Positions 1-10,136 of a stretch of 20,000 bases of DNA are shown here, piece by piece (position 1 is the first letter of the stretch; each line of letters begins with the position of its first letter). The DNA comes from Halocafeteria seosinensis. Lineage: Eukaryota. The stretch spans positions 49,280 to 69,279 of the forward strand of contig LVLI01000121.1 of assembly GCA_001687465.1 (NCBI GenBank), read 5' to 3'. The notes beneath the pieces are model-generated. The model searched no databases. It saw only the letters and a program-made list of their open reading frames with translations, and had not been told where the DNA came from. The translations under genes were made by a program, and so were the position numbers.

Positions 1-1339
1 AGTATGAAGACGTTGAAGAGCTTCTGTTATCTCCTGGAGACTAGCAATGTTATTCCATGACACATGTAGTTCTTGCAAGCTTTGAGCACAACTGCTAGTC
101 AAATATAAAATAGTTCGCCCGGCAAAAAAACATAGTAAGTAGATCGTGTTCAGCTTACTTCTGCAACTGATTTTCGATGGCATAAATTCGGTTGTAATTC
201 AAGTTCAAGACTTTCAAATTGTGCACGTCACTGAAAGTGCTTGTTTTCTCACACCAGTCGTCATTGGTCGGGATCGTCGCCAGACACTTCTCGTCAATCA
301 TTTTCATTGTATTGATTCTGTTATGTGACAAATTCAAAAAGTTTAGCTCATGGTTCTTCGTAATATCTGGAATTCTTCGTAGGCGATTGTGCTGCAGGCA
401 TTGCAGGAGAGTGGAATAGCATCAGTCCTCCCCAGAAATGTCAAGGTACTCACACATGCCACTAATGCTCTTAACTTTGGAGCCGCACTCAGTCCACTTA
501 GAAAATCAATTCTCTGCAGCAAATTACTAGAGAGAAGAGTTCCGCGCATCTTCACGAGACTCCTCTGCCAGGAAGTAATTACTTACCGTATTGGAAATGT
601 TAATTTCCTCCAAGTGTTCATACCCGACGGGATCAATGCAAAAAGCTCTCAGCTTCTGTTCTTTCAGAATAGTACCGGCAACTGTACCTCCAAGAGTATC
701 TCGCTGTTTCGAGATCTCCGTATGGGAGAACTCTTGCTCATCATTATCATTATCATGTTCACTTGCTTCGCCGTGGTCAACTTCTGAAGCCGAAGCACTC
801 CCATGGCCATTTTCATCCGGGGCAGTTCTGCCTTCAGGGGCAGAATCCTCTTCATATGGCGCCTGGCGTTCCTCCGCTGGGGCGTCGATAGGCTCATTAG
901 CATCGTAATAATCATCATAAACCTCCGTTGACGTATTTGCAGCCGTTATGGGGCTCGGTTGCTCCCTTGTTTCGTCCTTTTCAGGGCGAAAATACGGCAG
1001 CGGTTGCGTTCGCTCCTTGGCAGTGACATGCACCGAGTAGGAGGAGTGGGTATCACCGAATGTTTCGCCTCCGTTGCCCTGTATAAAGCCATTGTCTTCC
1101 TTCTCCTCCTCCGTGTGAAGTTGGGGAACGTTGATCGGTGAGTACCTCTGCTCCATTATCCCACGTTCACTGTCGTCTCCCCTATCGACTCCATTATCGA
1201 TCTCTTTTATTTTGTGACCAAAGGTACTTGCAAAACGAATGCTCAATGGCCGTATAAAACACTGGGGAGCATTCCCCGAATGCGCAACTTCAACTTCAAC
1301 TTTGTCCATTATCACGTCTATTTGATCTTGCATGCGCAT
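1..1339 (-). CDS. Leucine-rich repeat protein with acidic, disordered N-terminus; 3' end lies beyond the window start. Exons 1339-587, 513-454, 391-159, 91-<1
   Basis: Three GT-AG introns (586-514, 73 nt; 453-392, 62 nt; 158-92, 67 nt) join the ORF fragments into consecutive LRRs: LEEINISNT^RIDFLSGL, LRALVAC^HNRLRRIPDI, LNFLNLSHNRINTM, LKVLNLNYNRIYAI, LQELHVSWNNIASL. The start codon is uncertain because downstream ATGs are possible. Confidence 0.85.
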
Positions 1340-1689
1340 CTGAAGCTGTATATGTCCTCATATCTTAAAATCCATAGTGGTCATGGATAGGTAGAGGTGT
1401 AGGTCGTGTTCGAAAGAGTGGAAAATTCAGCGACAGACTTGGGCGAGCCGAAGTTGCGACCTAGTCGACCCCGGTCATAAACCAAGCTATACGCACTATT
1501 TCAAGTGTGTTGTTTCACATTCCGTGGCTCATATCGCATCTTATTATCTCTTTGCATGCATGTTCGCTCCGATCGAATGGGAATGGAAAGTCTGTAATGG
1601 TGAATACGGGAGGTCGCCACTTCTTTAACGTCTGCGGCTCGTGCTGGCCCTAATTCTTCGGTATCCATCCACTAGAAAGTGCCTTCGAG
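1340..1689. promoter_or_regulatory. Probable bidirectional promoter region between the LRR gene and the WD40 gene
   Basis: 350 bp between two head-to-head start codons (1339 minus, 1690 plus). Inferred from geometry only; no specific motif is assigned. Confidence 0.5.
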
Positions 1690-4600
1690 ATGTCGAGCCC
1701 TCTCAATTCGTCTTCTTCAAATGACCCACCCCAGCAGCAGCAGGCAGAACAAGGGGAAAAGGTGAAACCGGAAAGAAGTCCCAGCGCGTCGGCTGCGACG
1801 ACCCCCGGGTTGTCAGCAACGCAGACAAAGAATGGGAAGAACCAAACGAGTGGGTCCAAGGGACCTCGAAATGATGGTACAGGATCATCCAAAGAAGATG
1901 AATTTGCGGCCATGGACGGGGGGACCCAAATCACTTTTTCGCAAGTTAAGGCATTTTCCAGTCCGTTACCGGTGCGGCATACGTACCATCAGATGCAAAA
2001 GCAGCGCTCGTCGCTTGCTCAGAATGCTGAGAATGAAAAGAAAGAGAAGATTCCTGAACAGAGTGAAGTTGTTTTCACTTGCCATTGTGCCGACACAGGT
2101 AAGAAGAATGCCATGTTCGACAGTGACACACACTCTATGCACAAACGCTTTGAGAATGCAGGGTCTCGTCGGAGAGTTAAACTGTATAGGCAACGGATTG
2201 AAGGATCCACAGAGTACCAAGAACGAGCAAAAAAGATAGAACAGTCTCAGGACGTCAATGGGTTCTGGGGTTCTTGTTATGCTGGGTTCCAGGAAGAAAT
2301 TCAACGTGACCTCAACGGTAGGCGACACAGAACGGAAGCCGAAACTGAGAGCGGTGCCAAGAGCTCTAGGGCAAAGCCGAGCACTGAAAGCACTACTACA
2401 ATGCTTACATACGGTCACTATTTTGGTGGGAGATCAGATGGTGCCATAATCGGTTGGCTTCTTTCCCGTCGGATGGGGCAGTATGCATACCATGAACGGA
2501 CAATAGGCTGGCATGCAGGGAAGGTGACGTCCATGGCGTTTCTCGAATTTTGCGAAGGTATGTAGAATATTCTACTGGCATAGTTTACTTGATCTTATGA
2601 ACCAATTGCGATGCTAGCAGACTACTTTGGGGGTTTGCTGTTTACTGGGTCCACCGACTCAAGAGTCCACATATGGGATCCGTGGGCGGAACACCCTCAG
2701 TCAATGCTTGTCCAAAGCCTTACAATTCATATGGGTGCTATAACATCACTCGAACTGATGGGATTACAGCTAGTAAGCGCTAGCTTTGATGGCACTTGCG
2801 TTGTCTGGAATCCAAACTTTCAGAAGGAGTGCTCGCGACCCTACTATCTGCATTACGAACCGATTCAACGTATCCGTTTACCACAAGATGCCTGGGCATG
2901 CGGTGCTTCTTTGGTCAATATCCATTTGGGAAGAAGTTTAGTGATAGGGGATAGCCTCGGACGGGTGCACGTGTACATTAATAATGCGGACACCAACTCC
3001 CCACAGTCCAAGGACGGCAAAGAAATCAAAGGTGGTGCAGATGAGATGGAGACGCTTGGTGGGGACTACAAATTGTATCGTTCTTACACAGAGCTTCATA
3101 AATTGAGAATCACGTTTATGGCACACTTGGAAAACACAAGTCATATAGCAACCATTGCGACGGATCACACATGTAAAATAACGGATATAGTGTCCGGAAG
3201 AGTGCTGTGCACAGTGGTTCATCCAGCATTTCGACCGGTCCTGCCTTCACTGATGGAATCCATGACCATGTCAAGGACTGCTGCACGCGTTGCTAGCGTT
3301 ATTTCGAAAGCTGCAGATAGGATGGTGGGCAAGAAAGCTAGCGATCCGACCAATGAAGAAGGAGCATCTTCCATACAAATTTCTCAGCTTGCAGATGAGC
3401 TGATTTCTGAAGATGCGGAAGCTGCCCTAGGTTCGTCCCGACTGGCAAAAACACTCTCTGATTGTATTTTTGTTTGTTGTGAATGGGATGAACACTACCA
3501 GCAGTTGTATCTTTCTGATAGGGCAGGCCGAATTTTCGCATGGAACATCTATGCCAATGTCTGCGTTATGCAGGCTGACCTGCAGCACCCGAAACAATGC
3601 CCGTTCGTCAACGTCCGGGGGAAAGAAGCTGAGAAGGAGAAGCGCAAACGAAAGGAGCTGGAAGAGCTGGAGAAGTCGATGCCAAAAGCGGGACATCTGC
3701 CGGTAGCGGACACTGGCGTTCTAGCGACGCAAGATGATATAGAGGAAGGTTCTTCCGAGGAGATAGAGTTCGAAAGCAAGGAGGCAGCAATACTGATGAC
3801 AGATGTTGACGATATCCGCAGAAAATATTACAGGCGTGCAATTCGTGTTAAGAATGGGTATTTCACAGAGCATGATGCGGCGGTGATANCGCCGGTGAGT
3901 TCGCAATCGGGAAGGGAAGCTTCGCTGGGAAAGAATACTCCGAAAACTAACTCTGCAACCAAGCAGCGTTCGATAGCAAATGAGAAAAAGATGAAGTTGT
4001 TTACCCATTCTTTTGGGATACGGCGAGAGGGGGAACTCATATATTTATCCATAACGTTGGGTCACTGCGTCTATGAACTAAGTGTTGACAGAACTTCGGT
4101 AACGGCTTGGAAGAAGCATCACACGGGTGCCTTGCTGGGGCTTCATGTGGAGAGCCCTGAGTCCTGCATACAAAGTGTGGATAGAAAAGCAGGAAAGAGA
4201 ATCATGCCCGGAATGTGCCGATACCGGCACAGCGGCGCCGTTACAAAAAATGGTATTATGCTTTCTGCCTCTCGAGACAACAGTCTTGTTTGCTGGGATC
4301 TTTGGAACGTGGAACCGTTATATCGCTTAGTGGCCTTCCAGCATGGGAGCGCGGATGGCACTTCTTTTTCGGAAACTGCCAAATTGCAGAGTGAAGTTAC
4401 CTCCCTATGCTATTTGCCTAATCCGGAAATTTTGCTCACAGGACACAATGATGGAACACTATTGGTTTGGAAGAAAGATAGCAAGGAACAGGAGAAATAT
4501 TACTATCACAGTGGAACCATATCTAGCATTATGGCTCTCGAAAGCAGGGATGGTTCGTATCAAGTCATTAGCTCCGATCATTCTGGTATGTTATGCATAT

Positions 4601-6865
4601 GGAAGCAAGAAGGTGAACGTCTTAGATTTGCGAAGAAAAAACATTTGATCAAAGACATAACCAACATGCCTCAAAAGATGCAAAAGTTGCTATACGGTAC
4701 TCCGGAAGAATCTGAGCGTAAAACACAGGCCGAGGAAATGTTGTACACGTTGCATTTGTCTGGGTCTAATATCCCTCGAATCCGGACTATTCAAGCAGCG
4801 TTGTCGGCTACGAAGGGACGGCGGCATTCCCTCTTGGGCAGAAGACTTTCTGCACGTCTCTCCATACCATTAGAGGACAAGGGGGAAGAGAGGCGGCGGT
4901 CTCAAATCGAATCGGCTAGGGATGAACTTCATCAAAGGGGTGTAGCCATAACCTGTATAGCTTTATTTCTTCCTGTGCGGGAAGGGTCGGATGATTTAGT
5001 CATTGTAGGTTGCGAAGATGGTATAGTAAGAATTTTCCTCGTGACCGATGTAGTTTTGGTGTCAATGCTGGATACGACCCTGGCAACGAGACCGGTAAGT
5101 TTTAGTTTCATTTGACTACCGAAGCTAGCTTGCTTTGCTTTCACCGCTCTGGAGGAATCGATGTCTGCAGCTTAATCGAGAACAAAACTCGCCTTCCCAA
5201 ATCAGCCAAGTATGCTGCTGCAGGCAGACGGTATCAGCTATTACTGCCAACAACAGTCTATTCACTTGGGACATTACGGAACTAGCTAACCCTCATTCTC
5301 GCGAAAAACATTCGAAACGGTCTGCGAGTAGTTTACGCCGCGGATCGGAAGATCCTAGGTCTCCGAAAGCAAAGGCAAGTAGTACCCGCAGAAACACGAT
5401 TATGGGAAGTGAAGGTGCTAACACCGCAGCTGACGTCGAGCTCACTGACGAGAAGGTTCGTCCTCAAATATCCCCCCCTCTAGCGCCGTTGACTTTCCAT
5501 ACAACAGACGCCTGTAGGCGCCGGAAGAAGCTCTCTAATGTGGTCGTTAATGTTCTCACCTCGCTTCCCTTGCTAAATCCTCCTTGTATTGCTACTGCGG
5601 GAAGTGATGGATACATCCGCCTCTGGTCCGTCAGCGAACAGTATCGTGGGAAGACAACGTCCCCACATGAGCAAGTGTACTCCATATACCAACACGATAT
5701 GCACGAATTACAATCAAACGCGAATTCGACCTCTTCAACCACTGAGGAAGACAATGTTCCTGTCTCTCACAGACTGTGCACCGAAGACGTGCTGGCTAGC
5801 CAGAATATTCACGACACTCTGGAACAGAAGCATGCAACCCGTGCTACAGCGCAGCAGTCGGTACACTTGTCCGCCCCGGTTGTTCAATTGCCGAACCATA
5901 GACATGAGCATTTGCCGGGCCTGGTTGATCTGAACTACCTAGTACAAGGAAGCAAAGAAACGTTCCACTCAATTGACAGGGAAATACTTAAGCAAAGCCA
6001 ACGCGCTTCCGAAGAAGGACGGCCATCATCCGTGGGGCAAAAACCCCGCAATGGTTCCAACCAGATGTTAGACAAACAATACAAGGGAGAACTCGCGCGA
6101 GTAGTCTATGCGAATTCTGAGGCCGTGAGGAAGCAACGTCAACAGAGACAATTGCTAGCGTCACTTCCTGAGCTTTCGTACAAATCAGACTTCCAATCGA
6201 ATTTTCCTACGACTCCTGCTGGCGCACATTCACTTTCTGCGTCACTTGCGGCGTGCGTTCGTCTCTCGCCACCCGAATCGATGATGAGTTCTCTTAGCAG
6301 TCGCGAGAGTCTAACCGATCCTAGCATTCAGCCAATACAATCACAGCCATGCAATTTTTGTAGTTTAGCCTACTTCCCGCGGGGTCATGCTATCGTCGCG
6401 GGGACATCAAGTGGCTATATGTGGCTCTTACCCCTTCCTTTGCGGTTCAAAGTATCTATTTCCTATCCGAAAGAGTCTACAGATAGTGGAATGCCTACTA
6501 GAGAGATATCGCGATTCCGGGTTCGTGATGAGAGCAAGAGGCTTGACGAGAGTACAACGGACCGCCTCCACGACGAGTCGACCAGTACGAGACTCTACAG
6601 TGTTGAGGAGCAAGAAGATACAAAAGGGCAGTATGGTCCGCCTCCGCAGGAATATCAGGAGCTCCGGCAACTTGCCCAGATGAACGACTCACAATCCGAC
6701 CGCTCAACTGCACGCAGGAAAAATGTTCTCGAACAGGTATTGAAGCCGCCTTCCCCTCGGCATAAAGACGAAATAGAGCGACAGACCAGAGAGTACAAAG
6801 ACATTGATGCGGATGAACGAGCCCATAAGAGAATTCAGCTGACTGAATACATATACAAAAGCTGA
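1690..6865 (+). CDS. Large WD40-repeat (beta-propeller) protein with long low-complexity inserts. Frame-required introns 2558-2620 and 5095-5170; probable in-frame introns 2099-2161 and 3895-3966 (1,678 aa if retained, 1,633 aa if spliced)
   Basis: Splicing 2558-2620 rebuilds a WD repeat (GWHAGKVTSMAFLEFCE^DYFGGLLFTGSTDSRVHIWD). Further repeats: LVSASFDGTCVVWN, MLSASRDNSLVCWD, LLTGHNDGTLLVWK, VISSDHSGMLCIWK, VIVGCEDGIVRIF, SAITANNSLFTWD, IATAGSDGYIRLWS. Intron 5095-5170 (GTAAGT..CTGCAG, phase 0) links the last two ORFs. Ends at TGA 6863-6865. Confidence 0.88.
2099..2161 (+). other. Probable in-frame, stop-free 63-nt spliceosomal intron
   Basis: CAG|GTAAGA ... TGCAG|G. Length and both splice sites match the frame-required introns of this window. 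Confidence 0.65.
3895..3966 (+). other. Probable in-frame, stop-free 72-nt spliceosomal intron
   Basis: CCG|GTGAGT donor, ACTAAC branch-point motif at 3946-3951, AAGCAG acceptor. Length is within the 59-84 nt range. Confidence 0.75.
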
Positions 6866-7501
6866 ATACCAAGGGTAGAGCGAACCCCCTACATGCCGCT
6901 AAAACGGTTGCCACACCAGAGCTGCTGACAGGCAACTTACTTGCGGAGGGTGCTTCGCACTCACTGCACCTAGATTCCCGACCGTAGAGTGTGCAATTTA
7001 TGTTGGGTACTCGTACTGGCCACAAGTGGCACGTCTGTGTGTCTGCGTCCTGGTTTTCCAAGAAAGACAATAAGCAACACACACTTCCGGTGATGGGGAG
7101 TGCGGACTCAGAGAACCCGTACATTCCACCATCAAGTGAGTGCTGTAACACTGTCAATTGCTACCGGGGTAAGATAGACCGGGTGAGCAACCCAAGTACT
7201 GTATCGTCTCATTCAACTAATGGACCGAATTGGTTACCGTTGCTTGCGCACATACCTTTCAGTACCACTAGAGTATCCATTTTTCTCAAAACTTACCTTA
7301 CGCTTAGGTTTTCCGCTTCGCTCCTCGGAAGGCTCCGACGGAAGCCTTTGGAAGGCGCTTCAAGTTGAAGCGGATGCCCGACTCCTCCTGGGGACAGTGC
7401 GTAGAAAAAAGAACTTCTTTCCGATCGCATAAAAGTCGGAGGTTCCTAGGGTTTGTGCGCTTCTACCCAAACAAAGGTTTCGTCTTGCAAGAACAAGAAA
7501 A

Positions 7502-9580
7502 ATGGTATTTTTCATGGGAAATCCTCGAGCTCTCCTGTTCTCGGCGGCAGTGGTGCTCGCAGGATGTTCTTCCGCTCAAGCCGCTTTGTCGAGGGAAGCG
7601 ATGATGCGCGCCATGAACTACAAGGAGTCCGTCATTCGCGGGCAAGAGGATCATCCAATCCAACATGTCGTAGTACTGATGCTGGAGAACAGAGCATTCG
7701 ATCACATGCTGGGGTGGATGAAAGCCGACAACCCGGAGATCCATGGCCTAACGGGGAATGAGTACAACCTGGATGATCCCTCTAATCCGAATTCACGCAA
7801 GTATTACGTCCATTCCAATGCCTCCTATGTGGACCCTGACCCCGGGCACTCTGTCCCCGATACGACGACCCAGATCTTTGGGTCACAAAATACCAACCAC
7901 CAGGGAACAATGAATGGATTTGTGGCGCAAACCCATCAGAGGGGAATCCCTGCAGAATCGGTTATGAGTGGATTCAAGCCGGAAGATGTTCCCGTGATTA
8001 CCACTTTAGGTAAGACTCTGGACCCTCCTTTGCGGTGATGTGGGCATGGAGAGTTTACTCTTTTTTTTTCTTGGGTGTCGCAGCTAAAGAGTTTGCAATG
8101 ATCGATGAATTCCACGCTGGACTTCCAGGACCTACTCTCCCCAATAGACTCATGTTCCATAGCGCTACAACTCATGGAGATTGCACTGATGATGTGTGGG
8201 AGCAAGTCAAGGGACATCCGCAGAAACCGATCTACATGGCTTTACAAGAAGCTGGTAAGTTTCAGATTCCACGTGTAGCGGGGGTACTGCGGATCATTCT
8301 GTGCTTCTTTCTTTCTGGCTGGCAAGCAGGCCTCTCATGGGCACAATACTTTGAGGAAGGACCAGATGTACTCATTCTGGATCAAATGCGCAAATTGGAA
8401 TATCTAGGGAACTATCACTGGATGTCTACGTTCGAAAAGGATGCTGCAGAGGGCAAATTGGCCAACTTCTCTTTCATCAACCCCGCCTACTTCCCTGTCC
8501 CTGGAATCATCAATGCCTCTGACCAACATCCTTCGCATGATGTCGTTGAAGGGGAGAAGGTAATCAAAAGAATATATGATGCTCTGAGAAACGGTCCCCT
8601 GTGGAACAACACCCTCTTTATTGTCACCTATGATGAGCACGGTAAGTGATTGACCGTCTATCAACTTTCTGCTTTAGGTTGTGATATTATCCTCAAAACT
8701 TTGTGCACGATTTTGATCGTCTCAGGGGGATTCTATGACCATCAGACACCGCCATCGGAGGATATACCCAATCCTGATGGGCTTAACTGCACTGACGCGA
8801 ACATTGATAATTTCCATTTCAACCGACTTGGTGTACGGATTCCGTTTATCATGGCGAGCCCCTGGATCAACAAGGTAGGTAGCACCACGTGCCTTCGTCC
8901 GTTTCGGAATATCTGTTTCTAAGTCATTGTTTGTCGTACTCACAGGGTGTTATCGAGCATGGACCTAGCGGTCCCAAGGCGACAAACTCTTCGGCGTATG
9001 ATCTCACTTCTGTGGCTGCCTCCATGCACTACCATTTCAACACCAGCAGTTTCCTCACTAAGCGGTAAGTAAACCATGCGCTATGATGATGCGATAGTTT
9101 CTCCTATACTTGAAGTATCACAACTCTGGTTCGACGTTGCAGTGATGCCTGGGCTGCTACTTTCAACCATCTTCTCAACCAGCGGACCACCCCACGAACC
9201 GATTGCCCGACGCATATGCCAACTCCTCCCGAGTCGTCTGGTTCATTCAAAGGACATCGTGGGCGCTACTTGCATTCTGGCTCTGCTCCATTATCCGATC
9301 TTCAGAAGAAGTTCCTCCAGCTTGCAGCCCATCTCAAACTCGATAGTGAAACAGATGAACAATTTCAGCAAGCTAAATATCAGGCTGAGAGGCTTGAGAC
9401 TGAATATCAAGGGGTATGTTTCTGTGGCTGCTATTCTGAATTTCCCAATTACACTAATAATTTGCCAACTGTACCATTTCTTTGCAGGCTCTGTTCATGC
9501 GCGACCGTGTTAACCGCTTTCTGAAGAAAGACCCTCTGGAGCAGCCAACTCACCCATTCCACAAATTGGCTGGAAGGTAA
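7502..9580 (+). CDS. NPC: Phosphoesterase family protein / non-specific phospholipase C (plant NPC-, bacterial PlcH/AcpA-like) with signal peptide, ~540 aa. Exons 7502-8009, 8084-8254, 8330-8641, 8726-8874, 8946-9064, 9143-9413, 9488-9580
   Basis: Family motifs in order: IQHVVVLMLENRAFDHMLGWM, DPDPGHS, MNGFV, GPTLPNR (Thr nucleophile), DQHPSHDVVEGE, FIVTYDEH^GGFYDH, RLGVRIP..SPWI, FLTKR^DAWAATF, PRTDCP. Six GT-AG introns (74, 75, 84, 71, 78, 74 nt) give a continuous frame of 1,623 nt. Hydrophobic N-terminus ends in AQA. The start may be ATG 7514. Confidence 0.93.
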
Positions 9581-9869
9581 TCTATTGTGACTCTGGAAGA
9601 GAATGTATATATAATATACACAGTAGATTCGTCTGACGATTTTATGTTCAAAATCACCGCTAAGCCGGCTACTCTCAGTTGTAAATCGAGACTTGAGGGC
9701 AAAAAGCATTATTCCAACGGGACACAATCCCCGAAGCAAACCAGTTCTCACCACTGCCAGTTTGAAACACTCTCTTAGCTAATTCCAGGGGAAAAACCTT
9801 TTTGAACTCCGAAAGAAAACATCAAGTGCTAGCTAATATATCCGGTAGGTAACTTCCCAATTCGTTGTC

Positions 9870-9910
9870 TCCGGGCATTCAGCCCGGATGCCGGGAATCC
9901 AGCCCGGAAC
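9870..9910. repeat. Tandem imperfect 20-bp duplication; each unit is an inverted repeat
   Basis: CCGGGCATTCAGCCCGGATG (9871-9890) / CCGGGAATCCAGCCCGGAAC (9891-9910). Arms TCCGGGC/GCCCGGA and CCGGG/CCCGG. Confidence 0.7.
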
Positions 9911-10136
9911 CAACACTCCTTTCATCGAATGCACCGTATACAGTGTATACAGTAGGCCATCACGGGGGGGTGTCAATGCTTCACTTTCAGTTTTATTGCG
10001 AGGGTGCGCAGTTGCCCCTGTAAAACTCGTTTGGGTCGTGTAGCTGTGCGTATGAGGTGTTGAGCTTCGAATTGCCCAACGGAATCCTCATTCACATTGC
10101 CTTTTAAAGTGTTTTTCGCGTCATTTAAAGAGCATC

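Noticed and set aside
1453..1469. RFX X-box-like palindrome in the divergent promoter
   Set aside because: GTTGCGACCTAGTCGAC does not fit the X-box consensus or spacing.
6863..6936. Selenocysteine readthrough at the WD40 TGA using the GTTGCC/GGCAAC hairpin (6907-6936)
   Set aside because: No SECIS core (AUGA/GA quartet, apical AA) and no redox motif around the TGA.
6935..7005. Miniature U1-snRNA-like pattern (ACTTACTTG, CACTGCAC, AATTTATG)
   Set aside because: Each motif deviates from the typical consensus, the U1-70K stem-loop is missing, the spacing is about half of canonical, and it lies 70 nt behind a stop codon. A minus-strand donor site or chance is simpler.
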